Shown here: positions 1 to 12,307 of the stretch, piece by piece | How positions within the stretch are numbered: position 1 is the stretch's first letter | Layout of the letters: every line of letters begins with the position of its first letter | Assembly (NCBI RefSeq): GCF_055900595.2 | Contig: NZ_CM148325.1 | DNA length: 64,000 bases | Direction: 5' to 3' (one strand) | Translations under genes and position numbers: made by a program | The notes under the pieces: generated by a model | What the model was told of the DNA's origin: nothing | The model's input: only the letters and a program-made list of their open reading frames with translations | Database searches by the model: none

Positions 1-35
1 TTCCTTGAGAATCAAGACCGCTTTCGGGGGTAATG

Positions 36-515
36 ATGTTTTTACGTCAGGAAGACTTTGCCACGGTAGTGCGCTCCACTCCGCTTGTCTCTCTCGACTT
101 TATTGTCGAGAACAGTCGCGGCGAGTTTCTGCTTGGCAAAAGAACCAACCGCCCGGCGCAGGGTTACTGGTTTGTGCCGGGAGGGCGCGTGCAGAAAGAC
201 GAAACGCTGGAAGCCGCATTTGAGCGGCTGACGATGGCGGAACTGGGGCTGCGTCTGCCGATAACAGCAGGCCAGTTTTACGGTGTCTGGCAGCACTTTT
301 ATGACGATAACTTCTCCGGCACGGATTTCACCACTCACTATGTGGTGCTCGGTTTTCGCTTCAGAGTAGCGGAAGAAGAACTGTTACTGCCGGATGAGCA
401 GCATGACGATTACCACTGGCTGACGCCGGACGCACTGCTCGCCAGTGACAATGTTCACGCTAACAGCCGCGCCTATTTTCTCGCTGAGAAGCGTGCCGGA
501 GTACCCGGATTATGA
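36..515 (+). CDS. gmm: GDP-mannose mannosyl hydrolase (Nudix family), colanic acid cluster
   Basis: ORF 33..515 translation matches my recollection of E. coli Gmm/WcaH ([17 protein letters not shown]...); start taken at the second Met; stop overlaps the wcaI start. Confidence 0.9.
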   Translation: MFLRQEDFATVVRSTPLVSLDFIVENSRGEFLLGKRTNRPAQGYWFVPGGRVQKDETLEAAFERLTMAELGLRLPITAGQFYGVWQHFYDDNFSGTDFTTHYVVLGFRFRVAEEELLLPDEQHDDYHWLTPDALLASDNVHANSRAYFLAEKRAGVPGL

Positions 516-1735
516 AAATTCTGGTCTACGGCATTAACTACTCGCCGGAGTTAACCGGCATCGGCAAATACACCGGCGAGATGGTGGAATGGCTGGCGGC
601 ACAAGGTCATGAGGTGCGGGTTATTACCGCACCGCCTTACTACCCGCAGTGGCAGGTGGGCGAGAACTATTCCGCCTGGCGCTACAAACGAGAAGAGGGG
701 GCCGCCACGGTGTGGCGCTGCCCGCTGTACGTGCCAAAACAGCCGAGCACCCTGAAACGCTTGTTGCATCTCGGCAGTTTTGCCGTCAGCAGTTTCTTTC
801 CACTGATGGCGCAACGTCGCTGGAAGCCGGATCGCATTATCGGCGTAGTGCCAACGCTGTTTTGCACGCCGGGAATGCGCCTGCTGGCGAAGCTCTCTGG
901 TGCGCGTACCGTGCTGCATATTCAGGATTACGAAGTGGACGCCATGCTGGGGCTGGGCCTTGCCGGAAAAGGCAAAGGCGGCAAAGTGGCACAGCTGGCG
1001 ACGGCGTTCGAACGTAGCGGACTGCATAACGTCGATAACGTCTCCACGATTTCGCGTTCGATGATGAATAAAGCCATCGAAAAAGGCGTGGCGGCGGATA
1101 ACATCATTTTCTTCCCCAACTGGTCGGAAATCGCCCGTTTTCAGCATGTTGCAGACGCCGATGTTGATGCCCTTCGTAACCAGCTTGGCCTGCCGGATAA
1201 CAAAAAAATCATTCTTTACTCCGGCAATATTGGTGAAAAGCAGGGACTGGAAAACGTTATTGAAGCTGCCGATCGCCTGCGCGATGAACCGCTGATTTTT
1301 GCCATTGTCGGGCAGGGCGGCGGCAAAGCGCGGCTGGAAAAAATGGCGCAGCAGCGTGGACTGCGCAACATGCAATTTTTCCCGCTGCAATCGTATGACG
1401 CTTTACCCGCACTGCTGAAGATGGGCGATTGCCATCTGGTGGTGCAAAAACGCGGCGCGGCAGATGCCGTATTGCCGTCGAAACTGACCAATATTCTGGC
1501 AGTAGGCGGTAACGCGGTGATTACTGCTGAAGCCTACACAGAACTGGGGCAGCTTTGCGAAACCTTTCCGGGCATTGCGGTTTGCGTAGAACCGGAATCG
1601 GTCGAGGCGCTGGTGGCGGGGATTCGTCAGGCGCTTCTGCTACCCAAACACAACACGGTGGCACGTGAATATGCCGAACGCACGCTCGATAAAGAGAACG
1701 TGTTACGTCAATTTATAAATGATATTCGGGGATAA
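512..1735 (+). CDS. wcaI: Colanic acid biosynthesis glycosyltransferase WcaI
   Basis: 407-aa ORF, GT4-like, in the conserved position between gmm and cpsB. Confidence 0.9.
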   Translation: MKILVYGINYSPELTGIGKYTGEMVEWLAAQGHEVRVITAPPYYPQWQVGENYSAWRYKREEGAATVWRCPLYVPKQPSTLKRLLHLGSFAVSSFFPLMAQRRWKPDRIIGVVPTLFCTPGMRLLAKLSGARTVLHIQDYEVDAMLGLGLAGKGKGGKVAQLATAFERSGLHNVDNVSTISRSMMNKAIEKGVAADNIIFFPNWSEIARFQHVADADVDALRNQLGLPDNKKIILYSGNIGEKQGLENVIEAADRLRDEPLIFAIVGQGGGKARLEKMAQQRGLRNMQFFPLQSYDALPALLKMGDCHLVVQKRGAADAVLPSKLTNILAVGGNAVITAEAYTELGQLCETFPGIAVCVEPESVEALVAGIRQALLLPKHNTVAREYAERTLDKENVLRQFINDIRG

Positions 1736-1737
1736 TT

Positions 1738-3174
1738 ATGGCGCAGTCGAAACTCTATCCAGTTGTGATGGCAGGTGGCTCCGGTAGCCGCTTATGGCCG
1801 CTTTCCCGCGTACTTTACCCCAAGCAGTTTTTATGCCTGAAAGGCGATCTCACCATGCTGCAAACCACCATCTGCCGCCTGAACGGTGTGGAGTGCGAAA
1901 GCCCGGTGGTGATTTGCAATGAGCAGCACCGCTTTATTGTCGCGGAACAGCTGCGTCAACTGAACAAACTCACCAAGAACATTATTCTCGAACCGGCAGG
2001 GCGTAACACTGCACCTGCCATTGCGCTGGCGGCGCTGGCGGCAAAACGTCATAGCCCGGAGAGCGACCCGTTAATGCTGGTCTTGGCGGCGGATCATGTG
2101 ATTGCCGATGAAGACGCGTTCCGTGCCGCCGTGCGTAATGCCATGCCGTATGCCAAAGCGGGCAAGCTGGTGACCTTCGGCATTGTGCCGGATCTACCTG
2201 AAACCGGTTATGGCTATATTCGTCGCGGTGAAGTGTCGGAGGGTGAGCAGGATACGGTGGCCTTTGAAGTGGCGCAGTTTGTCGAAAAACCGAATCTGGA
2301 AACCGCTCAGGCCTATGTGGCAAGCGGCGAATATTACTGGAACAGCGGTATGTTCCTGTTCCGCGCCGGACGCTATCTCGAAGAACTGAAAAAATATCGC
2401 CCGGATATTCTCGATGCCTGTGAAAAAGCGATGAGCGCCGTCGATCCGGATCTCGATTTTATTCGTGTGGATGAAGAAGCGTTTCTCGCCTGCCCGGAAG
2501 AGTCGGTGGATTACGCGGTCATGGAACGTACGGCAGATGCCGTTGTGGTGCCGATGGATGCGGGCTGGAGTGATGTCGGTTCTTGGTCTTCATTATGGGA
2601 GATCAGCGCCCACACCGCCGAGGGCAACGTTTGCCACGGCGATGTGATTAATCACAAAACTGAAAACAGCTATGTGTACGCCGAATCTGGCCTGGTCACC
2701 ACCGTCGGGGTGAAAGATTTGGTGGTAGTGCAGACCAAAGATGCAGTGCTGATTGCCGACCGTAACGCGGTGCAGGATGTGAAAAAAGTGGTCGAGCAGA
2801 TCAAAGCCGATGGTCGCCATGAGCATCGGGTACATCGCGAAGTGTATCGTCCGTGGGGCAAATATGACTCTATCGACGCGGGCGACCGCTACCAGGTGAA
2901 ACGCATCACCGTGAAACCGGGCGAGGGCTTGTCGGTACAGATGCACCATCACCGCGCGGAACACTGGGTAGTGGTCGCGGGAACGGCAAAAGTCACTATT
3001 GACGGTGATATCAAACTGCTTGGTGAAAACGAGTCCATTTATATTCCGCTGGGGGCGACGCACTGCCTGGAAAACCCGGGGAAAATTCCGCTCGATTTAA
3101 TTGAAGTGCGGTCCGGCTCTTATCTCGAAGAGGATGATGTGGTGCGCTTCGCGGATCGCTACGGACGGGTGTAA
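1738..3174 (+). CDS. cpsB: Mannose-1-phosphate guanylyltransferase
   Basis: 478-aa ORF with an N-terminal nucleotidyltransferase glycine-rich motif ([15 protein letters not shown]) and a C-terminal cupin-like region; conserved wca gene order. Confidence 0.92.
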   Translation: MAQSKLYPVVMAGGSGSRLWPLSRVLYPKQFLCLKGDLTMLQTTICRLNGVECESPVVICNEQHRFIVAEQLRQLNKLTKNIILEPAGRNTAPAIALAALAAKRHSPESDPLMLVLAADHVIADEDAFRAAVRNAMPYAKAGKLVTFGIVPDLPETGYGYIRRGEVSEGEQDTVAFEVAQFVEKPNLETAQAYVASGEYYWNSGMFLFRAGRYLEELKKYRPDILDACEKAMSAVDPDLDFIRVDEEAFLACPEESVDYAVMERTADAVVVPMDAGWSDVGSWSSLWEISAHTAEGNVCHGDVINHKTENSYVYAESGLVTTVGVKDLVVVQTKDAVLIADRNAVQDVKKVVEQIKADGRHEHRVHREVYRPWGKYDSIDAGDRYQVKRITVKPGEGLSVQMHHHRAEHWVVVAGTAKVTIDGDIKLLGENESIYIPLGATHCLENPGKIPLDLIEVRSGSYLEEDDVVRFADRYGRV

Positions 3175-3177
3175 ACG

Positions 3178-3290
<113 letters not shown>

Positions 3291-3366
3291 CGCGGTGTAA
3301 ATAACGACAAATATAAAATTGGCCGTTTCGGTCAGGGCCAACTATTGCCTGAAAAAGGGTAACGAC

Positions 3367-4737
3367 ATGAAAAAATTAACCTGCTTTAAAGCCTATGATA
3401 TTCGTGGAAAATTAGGCGAAGAACTGAATGAAGATATTGCCTGGCGCATTGGTCGCGCTTATGGCGAATTTCTCAAACCGAAAACCATTGTGTTAGGCGG
3501 TGATGTCCGCCTCACCAGCGAAACCTTAAAACTGGCGCTGGCGAAAGGTTTACAGGATGCGGGCGTCGATGTGCTGGATATTGGCATGTCCGGCACCGAA
3601 GAGATCTATTTCGCCACGTTCCATCTCGGTGTGGATGGCGGCATTGAAGTTACCGCCAGCCATAATCCGATGGATTATAACGGCATGAAGCTGGTGCGCG
3701 AAGGGGCTCGCCCGATCAGCGGTGATACCGGACTGCGCGATGTCCAGCGTCTGGCAGAAGCCAACGACTTTCCTCCCGTTGATGAAACCAAACGCGGTCG
3801 CTATCAGCAAATCAATCTGCGTGACGCTTACGTTGATCACCTGTTCGGTTATATCAACGTCAAAAACCTCACGCCGCTCAAGCTGGTGATCAACTCCGGG
3901 AACGGCGCAGCGGGTCCGGTGGTGGACGCTATCGAAGCCCGCTTTAACGCCCTCGGCGCTCCGGTGGAATTAATCAAAGTGCACAACACGCCGGACGGCA
4001 ATTTCCCCAACGGTATTCCTAACCCGCTGCTGCCGGAATGCCGCGACGACACCCGCAATGCGGTCATCAAACACGGCGCGGATATGGGCATTGCCTTTGA
4101 TGGCGATTTTGACCGCTGCTTCCTGTTTGACGAAAAAGGGCAGTTTATCGAAGGCTACTACATTGTCGGCCTGCTGGCAGAAGCGTTCCTCGAAAAAAAT
4201 CCCGGCGCGAAGATCATCCACGATCCACGTCTCTCCTGGAACACCGTTGATGTGGTGACTGCCGCTGGCGGCACGCCGGTGATGTCGAAAACCGGACACG
4301 CCTTTATTAAAGAACGTATGCGCAAGGAAGACGCCATCTACGGTGGCGAAATGAGCGCCCACCATTACTTCCGTGATTTCGCTTACTGCGACAGCGGCAT
4401 GATCCCGTGGCTGCTGGTCGCCGAACTGGTGTGCCTGAAAGATAAAACGCTGGGCGAACTGGTACGCGACCGGATGGCGGCGTTTCCGGCAAGCGGTGAG
4501 ATCAACAGCAAACTGGCGCAACCCGTTGAGGCGATTAACCGCGTGGAACAGCATTTTAGCCGTGAGGCGCTGGCGGTGGATCGCACCGATGGCATCAGCA
4601 TGACCTTTGCCGACTGGCGCTTTAACCTGCGCTCCTCCAACACCGAACCGGTGGTGCGGTTGAATGTGGAATCGCGCGGTGATGTGCCGCTGATGGAAGC
4701 GCGAACGCGAACTCTGCTGGCGTTGCTGAACGAGTAA
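3367..4737 (+). CDS. cpsG: Phosphomannomutase
   Basis: ORF 3319..4737; start chosen at the internal [14 protein letters not shown]; phosphohexomutase active-site context (TASHNP). Confidence 0.92.
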   Translation: MKKLTCFKAYDIRGKLGEELNEDIAWRIGRAYGEFLKPKTIVLGGDVRLTSETLKLALAKGLQDAGVDVLDIGMSGTEEIYFATFHLGVDGGIEVTASHNPMDYNGMKLVREGARPISGDTGLRDVQRLAEANDFPPVDETKRGRYQQINLRDAYVDHLFGYINVKNLTPLKLVINSGNGAAGPVVDAIEARFNALGAPVELIKVHNTPDGNFPNGIPNPLLPECRDDTRNAVIKHGADMGIAFDGDFDRCFLFDEKGQFIEGYYIVGLLAEAFLEKNPGAKIIHDPRLSWNTVDVVTAAGGTPVMSKTGHAFIKERMRKEDAIYGGEMSAHHYFRDFAYCDSGMIPWLLVAELVCLKDKTLGELVRDRMAAFPASGEINSKLAQPVEAINRVEQHFSREALAVDRTDGISMTFADWRFNLRSSNTEPVVRLNVESRGDVPLMEARTRTLLALLNE

Positions 4738-4791
4738 TGTCGGATCTTCCCTTACCCCATTGCGGGTAAGGGGCTAATAACAGGAACAACG

Positions 4792-6186
4792 ATGACAAAT
4801 CTAAAAAAGCGCGAGCGAGCGAAAACCAATGCATCGTTAATCTCTATGGTGCAACGCTTTTCAGATATCACCATCATGTTTGCCGGACTATGGCTGGTTT
4901 GCGAAGTGAGCGGACTGTCATTCCTCTACATGCACCTGTTGGTGGCGCTGATTACGCTGGTGGTGTTCCAGATGCTGGGCGGCATCACCGATTTTTATCG
5001 CTCATGGCGCGGTGTTCGGGCAGCGACAGAATTTGCCCTGTTGCTACAAAACTGGACCTTAAGCGTGATTTTCAGCGCCGGACTGGTGGCGTTCAACAAT
5101 GATTTCGACACGCAACTGAAAATCTGGCTGGCGTGGTATGGGCTGACCAGCATCGGACTGGTGGTTTGCCGTTCATGTATTCGCATTGGGGCGGGCTGGC
5201 TGCGTAATCATGGCTATAACAAGCGCATGGTCGCGGTGGCGGGGGATTTAGCCGCCGGACAAATGCTGATGGAGAGCTTCCGTAATCAGCCGTGGTTAGG
5301 GTTTGAAGTGGTGGGTATATACCACGACCCGAAACCGGGCGGCGTTTCTAACGACTGGGCGGGCAATCTGCAACAGCTGGTCGAGGATGCGAAAGCGGGC
5401 AAGATTCATAACGTCTATATCGCGATGCAAATGTGCGACGGCGCGCGAGTGAAAAAACTGGTCCATCAACTGGCGGACACCACCTGTTCGGTGCTGCTGA
5501 TCCCCGATGTCTTTACCTTCAACATTCTCCATTCACGTCTCGAAGAGATGAACGGCGTTCCGGTGGTGCCGCTTTACGACACGCCGCTTTCCGGGGTTAA
5601 CCGCCTGCTCAAACGTGCGGAAGACATTGTGCTGGCGACGCTTATCCTGCTGCTGATCTCTCCGGTGCTGTGCTGTATTGCGCTGGCGGTGAAACTCAGT
5701 TCACCAGGACCGGTTATTTTCCGCCAGACTCGCTATGGCATGGATGGTAAACCGATCAAAGTGTGGAAGTTTCGTTCCATGAAAGTGATGGAGAACGACA
5801 AAGTCGTGACTCAGGCGACGCAGAACGATCCGCGCGTCACCAAAGTGGGGAACTTTCTGCGCCGCACCTCGCTGGATGAATTGCCGCAGTTTATCAATGT
5901 GCTGACCGGCGGGATGTCGATTGTCGGGCCACGTCCACACGCGGTGGCGCATAACGAACAGTATCGACAGCTCATTGAAGGCTACATGCTGCGCCATAAG
6001 GTGAAACCGGGCATTACCGGCTGGGCGCAGATTAACGGCTGGCGCGGCGAAACCGACACACTGGAGAAAATGGAAAAACGCGTCGAGTTCGACCTTGAGT
6101 ACATCCGCGAATGGAGCGTCTGGTTCGATATCAAAATCGTTTTCCTGACGGTGTTCAAAGGTTTCGTTAACAAAGCGGCATATTGA
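4792..6186 (+). CDS. wcaJ: Undecaprenyl-phosphate glucose phosphotransferase (colanic acid initiating transferase)
   Basis: 464-aa ORF with N-terminal TM segments and a C-terminal sugar-transferase domain (PRPHAV...GWAQING). Confidence 0.92.
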   Translation: MTNLKKRERAKTNASLISMVQRFSDITIMFAGLWLVCEVSGLSFLYMHLLVALITLVVFQMLGGITDFYRSWRGVRAATEFALLLQNWTLSVIFSAGLVAFNNDFDTQLKIWLAWYGLTSIGLVVCRSCIRIGAGWLRNHGYNKRMVAVAGDLAAGQMLMESFRNQPWLGFEVVGIYHDPKPGGVSNDWAGNLQQLVEDAKAGKIHNVYIAMQMCDGARVKKLVHQLADTTCSVLLIPDVFTFNILHSRLEEMNGVPVVPLYDTPLSGVNRLLKRAEDIVLATLILLLISPVLCCIALAVKLSSPGPVIFRQTRYGMDGKPIKVWKFRSMKVMENDKVVTQATQNDPRVTKVGNFLRRTSLDELPQFINVLTGGMSIVGPRPHAVAHNEQYRQLIEGYMLRHKVKPGITGWAQINGWRGETDTLEKMEKRVEFDLEYIREWSVWFDIKIVFLTVFKGFVNKAAY

Positions 6187-6187
6187 T

Positions 6188-7666
6188 ATGAGCTTACGTG
6201 AAAAAACCATCAGCGGCGCGAAGTGGTCGGCGATTGCCACGGTGATCATCATCGGCCTCGGGCTGGTGCAGATGACCGTGCTGGCGCGGATTATCGACAA
6301 CCACCAGTTCGGCTTGCTGACTGTGTCGCTGGTAATCATCGCGCTGGCAGATACGCTTTCTGACTTCGGTATCGCTAACTCCATTATTCAGCGAAAAGAA
6401 ATCAGTCACCTGGAACTTACCACGTTGTACTGGCTGAACGTCGGGCTGGGGCTTGTGGTGTGCGTGGCGGTGTTTTTGTTGAGTGATGCCATTGGTGACG
6501 TGCTGAATAACCCGGACCTAGCACCGTTGATTAAAACATTGTCGCTGGCGTTTGTGGTGATCCCCCACGGGCAGCAGTTCCGCGCGTTGATGCAGAAGGA
6601 GCTGGAGTTCAACAAAATCGGCATGATCGAAACCAGCGCGGTGCTGGCGGGCTTCACTTTTACGGTGGTTAGCGCCCATTTCTGGCCGCTGGCGATGACC
6701 GCGATCCTCGGTTATCTGGTCAATAGTGCGGTGAGAACGCTGCTGTTTGGCTACTTTGGTCGAAAAATTTATCGCCCCGGTCTACATTTCTCGCTGGCGT
6801 CGGTGGCACCGAACTTACGCTTTGGTGCCTGGCTGACGGCGGACAGCATCATCAACTATCTCAACACCAACCTTTCAACGCTGGTGCTGGCGCGTATTCT
6901 CGGCGCGGGCGTGGCAGGGGGCTACAACCTGGCTTACAACGTGGCCGTTGTGCCGCCGATGAAGCTGAACCCCATCATCACCCGCGTGTTATTTCCGGCA
7001 TTCGCCAAAATTCAGGACGACACCGAAAAGCTGCGCGTGAACTTCTACAAGCTGCTGTCGGTGGTGGGGATTATCAACTTTCCGGCGCTGCTCGGGCTGA
7101 TGGTGGTGTCGAATAACTTTGTACCGCTGGTCTTTGGTGAGAAGTGGAACAGCATTATTCCGGTGCTGCAATTGCTGTGTGTGGTGGGTCTGCTGCGTTC
7201 CGTAGGTAACCCGATTGGTTCGCTGCTGATGGCGAAAGCGCGGGTCGATATCAGCTTTAAATTCAACGTATTCAAAACCTTTCTGTTTGTTCCGGCGATT
7301 GTTATTGGTGGGCAGATGGCGGGCGCAATCGGCGTCACGCTCGGTTTCCTGTTGGTGCAGATTATCAACACCATTCTGAGTTACTTCGTGATGATTAAAC
7401 CGGTTCTTGGTTCCAGTTATCGCCAGTACATCCTGAGTTTGTGGCTGCCGTTTTATCTCTCGCTGCCGACGCTGGTGGTCAGTTATGTGCTGGGCATTGT
7501 GCTGAAAGGGCAACTGGCGCTGGGGATGCTGCTGGCGGTGCAAATAGCCGCGGGCGTGCTGGCGTTTGTGGTGATGATTGTGCCGTCGCGCCATCCGCTG
7601 GTGGTGGAAGTGAAGCGTCAGTTTTGTCGCAGCGAAAAAATGAAAATGCTTTTACGGGCGGGGTGA
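6188..7666 (+). CDS. wzxC: Colanic acid flippase (Wzx-type)
   Basis: 492-aa polytopic membrane ORF in the conserved position after wcaJ. Confidence 0.9.
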   Translation: MSLREKTISGAKWSAIATVIIIGLGLVQMTVLARIIDNHQFGLLTVSLVIIALADTLSDFGIANSIIQRKEISHLELTTLYWLNVGLGLVVCVAVFLLSDAIGDVLNNPDLAPLIKTLSLAFVVIPHGQQFRALMQKELEFNKIGMIETSAVLAGFTFTVVSAHFWPLAMTAILGYLVNSAVRTLLFGYFGRKIYRPGLHFSLASVAPNLRFGAWLTADSIINYLNTNLSTLVLARILGAGVAGGYNLAYNVAVVPPMKLNPIITRVLFPAFAKIQDDTEKLRVNFYKLLSVVGIINFPALLGLMVVSNNFVPLVFGEKWNSIIPVLQLLCVVGLLRSVGNPIGSLLMAKARVDISFKFNVFKTFLFVPAIVIGGQMAGAIGVTLGFLLVQIINTILSYFVMIKPVLGSSYRQYILSLWLPFYLSLPTLVVSYVLGIVLKGQLALGMLLAVQIAAGVLAFVVMIVPSRHPLVVEVKRQFCRSEKMKMLLRAG

Positions 7667-7689
7667 GTTGTTGTTTTCGGTTCCGACAA

Positions 7690-8172
7690 CGGTTGCCGGG
7701 TGCAGCGTAAAACGCCTTATCCATCCTACGGTTCTGTGCTCGGGACCTGTAGGCCTGATAAGACGCGTCAGCGTCGCATCAGGCACTGAATGCCGGATGC
7801 GGTGTGAACGCCTTATCCGGCCTACGGTTCAGGGCTTGGATCTTGTAGGCCCGATAAGACGCGCCAGCGTCGCATCAGGCACTGAATGCCGGATGCGGCG
7901 TAAAACGCCTTATCCGGCCTACGGTTCTGTGCTCGGGTCTTGTAGGCCTGATAAGACGCGCCAGCGTCGCATCAGGCACTGAATGCCGGATGCGGCGTGA
8001 ACGCCTTATCCATCCTACGGTTCTGTGCTCGGGACCTGTAGGCCTGATAAGACGCGTCAGCGTCGCATCAGGCACTGAATGCCGGATGCGGCGTGAACGC
8101 CTTATCCGGCCTACGGTTCTGTGCTTGGATCTTGTAGGCCTGATAAGAGGCGTCAGCGTCGCATCAGGCAAA
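7690..8172. repeat. Tandem REP/BIME array, about 5 copies of a unit of roughly 98 bp
   Basis: Repeated gccggatgcggcgtgaacgccttatccggcctacggttctgtgctcggg...tgtaggcctgataagacgcg.cagcgtcgcatcaggcactgaat units seen directly; six-frame ORFs here are repeat artefacts. Confidence 0.8.
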
Positions 8173-8230
8173 AAGCGGCAACGAACAAAACAAACGCAGC
8201 CTCACCTGGCATCAAATTTATGAGGAAAAA

Positions 8231-9511
8231 ATGAAATTACTTATTCTGGGCAACCACACTTGCGGCAATCGTGGCGACAGCGCCATCCTGCGCGGCTTAC
8301 TTGATGCCATCAACATCCTCAATCCACAAGCCGAAGTGGACGTGATGAGCCGCTATCCGGTCAGTTCTTCCTGGCTGCTCAACCGCCCGGTAATGGGTGA
8401 TCCGCTGTTCCTTCAAATGAAACAACACAACAGCGCGGCGGGCGTTGTCGGGCGCGTTAAAAAAGTCCTCCGTCGCCGCTATCAGCACCAGGTACTGCTC
8501 TCGCGCGTCACCGACACTGGCAAGCTGCGTAATATCGCCATCGCCCAGGGATTCACCGACTTCGTGCGCCTGCTGTCAGGTTACGACGCCATTATCCAGG
8601 TCGGCGGATCGTTTTTTGTCGATCTCTATGGCGTGCCGCAGTTTGAACATGCACTTTGCACGTTTATGGCGAAAAAGCCGCTGTTTATGATTGGTCACAG
8701 TGTTGGCCCGTTCCAGGATGAGCAATTTAACCAACTGGCGAACTATGTTTTTGGTCACTGTGACGCGCTGATCCTGCGCGAATCGGTCAGCCTTGATTTG
8801 ATGAAACGCAGCAATATCACCACTGCAAAAGTGGAACATGGCGTCGATACTGCGTGGCTGGTCGATCACCACACCGAAGATTTCACCGCCAGCTATGCCG
8901 TCCAACACTGGCTGGACGTTGCCGCACAACAGAAAACGGTGGCAATTACCCTGCGCGAACTGGCACCGTTCGACAAACGTCTCGGCACCACTCAACAAGC
9001 GTATGAAAAAGCCTTTGCCGGGGTGGTCAATCGCATTCTCGACGAAGGCTATCAGGTTATTGCGCTCTCCACCTGTACGGGTATCGACAGCTATAACAAA
9101 GACGACCGCATGGTGGCGCTCAACCTGCGCCAGCACATCAGCGATCCTGCCCGTTACCACGTAGTGATGGATGAACTCAACGATCTGGAAATGGGCAAAA
9201 TTCTCGGAGCCTGTGAACTCACCGTCGGTACGCGCCTGCACTCCGCCATTATCTCAATGAACTTTGCTACTCCGGCGATTGCCATCAATTATGAACATAA
9301 ATCCGCCGGGATTATGCAGCAGCTGGGACTACCGGAGATGGCAATTGATATCCGTCATTTATTAGACGGCAGCCTGCAAGCGATGGTTGCGGATACCTTA
9401 GGCCAGCTTCCGGCGCTGAACGCACGACTTAGCGAAGCCGTCAGTCGTGAGCGTCAGACGGGAATGCAGATGGTGCAGTCCGTACTGGAACGCATCGGGG
9501 AGGTGAAATGA
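8231..9511 (+). CDS. wcaK: Colanic acid biosynthesis pyruvyl transferase WcaK
   Basis: 426-aa ORF, conserved wca position; stop overlaps the wcaL start. Confidence 0.9.
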   Translation: MKLLILGNHTCGNRGDSAILRGLLDAINILNPQAEVDVMSRYPVSSSWLLNRPVMGDPLFLQMKQHNSAAGVVGRVKKVLRRRYQHQVLLSRVTDTGKLRNIAIAQGFTDFVRLLSGYDAIIQVGGSFFVDLYGVPQFEHALCTFMAKKPLFMIGHSVGPFQDEQFNQLANYVFGHCDALILRESVSLDLMKRSNITTAKVEHGVDTAWLVDHHTEDFTASYAVQHWLDVAAQQKTVAITLRELAPFDKRLGTTQQAYEKAFAGVVNRILDEGYQVIALSTCTGIDSYNKDDRMVALNLRQHISDPARYHVVMDELNDLEMGKILGACELTVGTRLHSAIISMNFATPAIAINYEHKSAGIMQQLGLPEMAIDIRHLLDGSLQAMVADTLGQLPALNARLSEAVSRERQTGMQMVQSVLERIGEVK

Positions 9512-10728
9512 AGGTCGGCTTCTTCTTATTGAAATTTCCGCTGTCGTCAGAAACCTTCGTTCTTAACCAAATCACTGCGTTTATTGATATGGGCTTTGAA
9601 GTGGAGATTGTCGCGCTGCAAAAAGGCGACACACAAAACACCCACGCGGCATGGACGAAATACAACCTTGCCGCCAGAACCCGCTGGTTACAGGACGAAC
9701 CTACGGGCAAAGTGGCGAAACTGCGCCACCGAGCCAGTCAGACCTTGCGCGGCATTCATCGTAAAAATACCTGGCAGGCGCTCAACCTCAAACGCTATGG
9801 TGCCGAGTCGCGGAACCTGATTTTGTCTGCCATTTGCGGTCAGGTCGCAACACCGTTTCGCGCCGATGTGTTCATCGCTCATTTTGGCCCGGCGGGGGTA
9901 ACCGCAGCAAAACTACGCGAACTGGGTGTCATTCGCGGCAAAATTGCCACTATTTTCCACGGCATTGATATTTCCAGTCGGGAAGTGCTCAACCATTACA
10001 CTCCCGAATATCAACAACTGTTTCGACGTGGCGACCTGATGTTACCGATAAGCGATCTGTGGGCCGGAAGGCTGCAAAAAATGGGCTGCCCGAGGGAAAA
10101 AATCGCCGTATCGCGCATGGGCGTAGATATGACGCGCTTTAGCCCGCGTCCGGTGAAAGCGCCCGCAACACCGCTGGAGATTATTTCCGTCGCACGCTTA
10201 ACCGAGAAAAAAGGCCTGCATGTGGCGATTGAAGCCTGCCGTCAGTTGAAAGAGCAGGGCGTGGCATTTCGCTATCGCATCCTCGGCATTGGCCCGTGGG
10301 AACGACGCCTGCGTACCCTCATCGAACAATATCAACTGGAAGATGTGGTAGAGATGCCTGGCTTTAAACCGAGCCATGAAGTGAAAGCGATGCTCGACGA
10401 CGCGGATGTCTTCCTGTTGCCATCGGTAACGGGCGCGGATGGTGATATGGAAGGCATTCCGGTAGCGCTCATGGAAGCGATGGCGGTCGGCATTCCAGTA
10501 GTTTCCACTCTGCATAGCGGAATACCGGAACTGGTGGAGGCCGATAAATCCGGCTGGCTGGTGCCTGAGAACGATGCTCGCGCACTGGCACAACGTCTGG
10601 CGGCATTTAGCCAACTGGACACTGACGAACTGGCTCCGGTTGTCAAAAGTGCGCGCGAAAAAGTCGAACACGATTTTAACCAGCAGGTGATCAATCGAGA
10701 ACTCGCCAGCTTGCTGCAGGCTTTATAG
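9508..10728 (+). CDS. wcaL: Colanic acid biosynthesis glycosyltransferase WcaL
   Basis: 406-aa GT4-type ORF (C-terminal [20 protein letters not shown]). Confidence 0.9.
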   Translation: MKVGFFLLKFPLSSETFVLNQITAFIDMGFEVEIVALQKGDTQNTHAAWTKYNLAARTRWLQDEPTGKVAKLRHRASQTLRGIHRKNTWQALNLKRYGAESRNLILSAICGQVATPFRADVFIAHFGPAGVTAAKLRELGVIRGKIATIFHGIDISSREVLNHYTPEYQQLFRRGDLMLPISDLWAGRLQKMGCPREKIAVSRMGVDMTRFSPRPVKAPATPLEIISVARLTEKKGLHVAIEACRQLKEQGVAFRYRILGIGPWERRLRTLIEQYQLEDVVEMPGFKPSHEVKAMLDDADVFLLPSVTGADGDMEGIPVALMEAMAVGIPVVSTLHSGIPELVEADKSGWLVPENDARALAQRLAAFSQLDTDELAPVVKSAREKVEHDFNQQVINRELASLLQAL

Positions 10729-10738
10729 AGGAGAACGC

Positions 10739-12133
10739 ATGCCATTTAAAACACTCTCCCGACGCACCTTCCTGACGGCAAGCTCGGCGCTTGCCTTCCT
10801 CCATACCCCTTTCGCTCGCGCACTTCCCGCCCGACAAAGCGTTAACATTAACGACTACAACCCTCACGACTGGATCGCCTCATTTAAACAAGCCTTCAGC
10901 GAAGGGCAAACGGTCGTCGTGCCTGCTGGATTCGTTTGTGACAATATCAACACCGGCATCTTCATCCCTCCCGGCAAAACGTTACACATCCTTGGAAGCC
11001 TGCGCGGCAACGGCAGAGGGCGATTTGTCTTACAGGACGGCAGCCAGGTGACAGGGGAGGAGGGCGGCAGTATGCATAACATCACCCTGGATGTGCGTGG
11101 TTCTGACTGCACCATCAAAGGGCTGGCGATGAGCGGCTTTGGCCCGGTAACGCAGATTTATATCGGCGGCAAAAACAAACGGGTCATGCGCAACCTGACC
11201 ATCGATAACCTCACTGTCAGCCACGCTAATTACGCCATCTTACGCCAGGGATTTCATAACCAGATAATCGGTGCCAACATCACCAACTGTAAATTTAGTG
11301 ATTTACAGGGCGACGCCATTGAATGGAACGTGGCGATTAACGACCGTGATATTTTGATATCTGACCATGTCATCGAGCGCATCAACTGTACTAATGGCAA
11401 AATCAACTGGGGCATTGGCATAGGCCTTGCTGGAAGCACTTATGATAATAATTACCCGGAAGACCAGACAGTGAAAAACTTTGTCGTGGCGAATATCACG
11501 GGATCGGATTGTCGGCAGTTGATCCATGTTGAAAATGGCAAACATTTTGTTATCCGTAATATCAAAGCCCGCAATATCACGCCGGATTTCAGTAAGAAAG
11601 CAGGTATTGATAACGCGACGGTCGCTATTTACGGTTGTGACAATTTTGTGATTGATAATATTGAAATGATTAATAGCGCCGGAATGTTAATCGGCTATGG
11701 GGTAATTAAAGGCAAATATCTCTCGATACCGCAAAATTTCAGAGTGAATAATATTCAACTGGATAATACCCACCTTGCTTACAAATTGCGCGGCATCCAA
11801 ATCTCTGCCGGGAATGCCGTCTCCTTTGTGGCACTGACTAACATTGAGATGAAGCGTGCGTCGCTGGAGTTACACAACAAACCGCAACATCTTTTTATGC
11901 GTAATATCAAGGTGATGCAGGAATCCTCAATTGGACCCGCATTGAGCATGAACTTCGACATGCGCAAAGACGTTCGCGGCGTCTTTATGGCGAAAAAAGA
12001 AACACTGCTGTCACTTGCAAATGTTCATGCGGTGAATGAAAGAGGGCAAAGCTCCGTCGATATCGACAGGATTAATCACCATATTGTTAATGTGGAAAAG
12101 ATTAACTTTAGATTGCCGGAACGGAGAGAGTAG
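10739..12133 (+). CDS. wcaM: Colanic acid biosynthesis protein WcaM
   Basis: 464-aa ORF with a signal-like N-terminus (Tat-like [12 protein letters not shown]); last gene of the wca cluster. Confidence 0.88.
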   Translation: MPFKTLSRRTFLTASSALAFLHTPFARALPARQSVNINDYNPHDWIASFKQAFSEGQTVVVPAGFVCDNINTGIFIPPGKTLHILGSLRGNGRGRFVLQDGSQVTGEEGGSMHNITLDVRGSDCTIKGLAMSGFGPVTQIYIGGKNKRVMRNLTIDNLTVSHANYAILRQGFHNQIIGANITNCKFSDLQGDAIEWNVAINDRDILISDHVIERINCTNGKINWGIGIGLAGSTYDNNYPEDQTVKNFVVANITGSDCRQLIHVENGKHFVIRNIKARNITPDFSKKAGIDNATVAIYGCDNFVIDNIEMINSAGMLIGYGVIKGKYLSIPQNFRVNNIQLDNTHLAYKLRGIQISAGNAVSFVALTNIEMKRASLELHNKPQHLFMRNIKVMQESSIGPALSMNFDMRKDVRGVFMAKKETLLSLANVHAVNERGQSSVDIDRINHHIVNVEKINFRLPERRE

Positions 12134-12307
12134 ATTTGCGACCATTCCTGGAAAAATGGAGCCATACTTAGGAACAATGCTACTGCAATCCACAACGAAG
12201 CGGCGTAACATCACAAGTAATTCAGTAATCAATTCAGGGTAATTGATGCTGGCGAAAAAAATCGAACAAGCTATAATTCAGCAACCATTTTACAGGTGGA
12301 TGAAATA

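Noticed and set aside
551-1390. 279-aa minus-strand ORF inside wcaI
   Set aside because: Antisense to a well-supported conserved gene; no start context or domain signal; typical high-GC shadow ORF.
7690-8172. Possible CRISPR array
   Set aside because: The repeats are about 98-bp near-identical units with no unique spacers and contain classic REP palindromes; no cas genes nearby.
7668-8223. Three ORFs (104, 98 and 77 aa) within the REP/BIME array
   Set aside because: Their translations are Arg/Pro-rich repeats of the same unit, which is what translating palindromic REP elements gives; not genes.
5701-9241. Long antisense ORFs within wcaJ, wzxC and wcaK (5701..6384, 6989..7594, 8576..9241)
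   Set aside because: Each lies entirely opposite a conserved colanic-acid gene; low-complexity translations; shadow ORFs.
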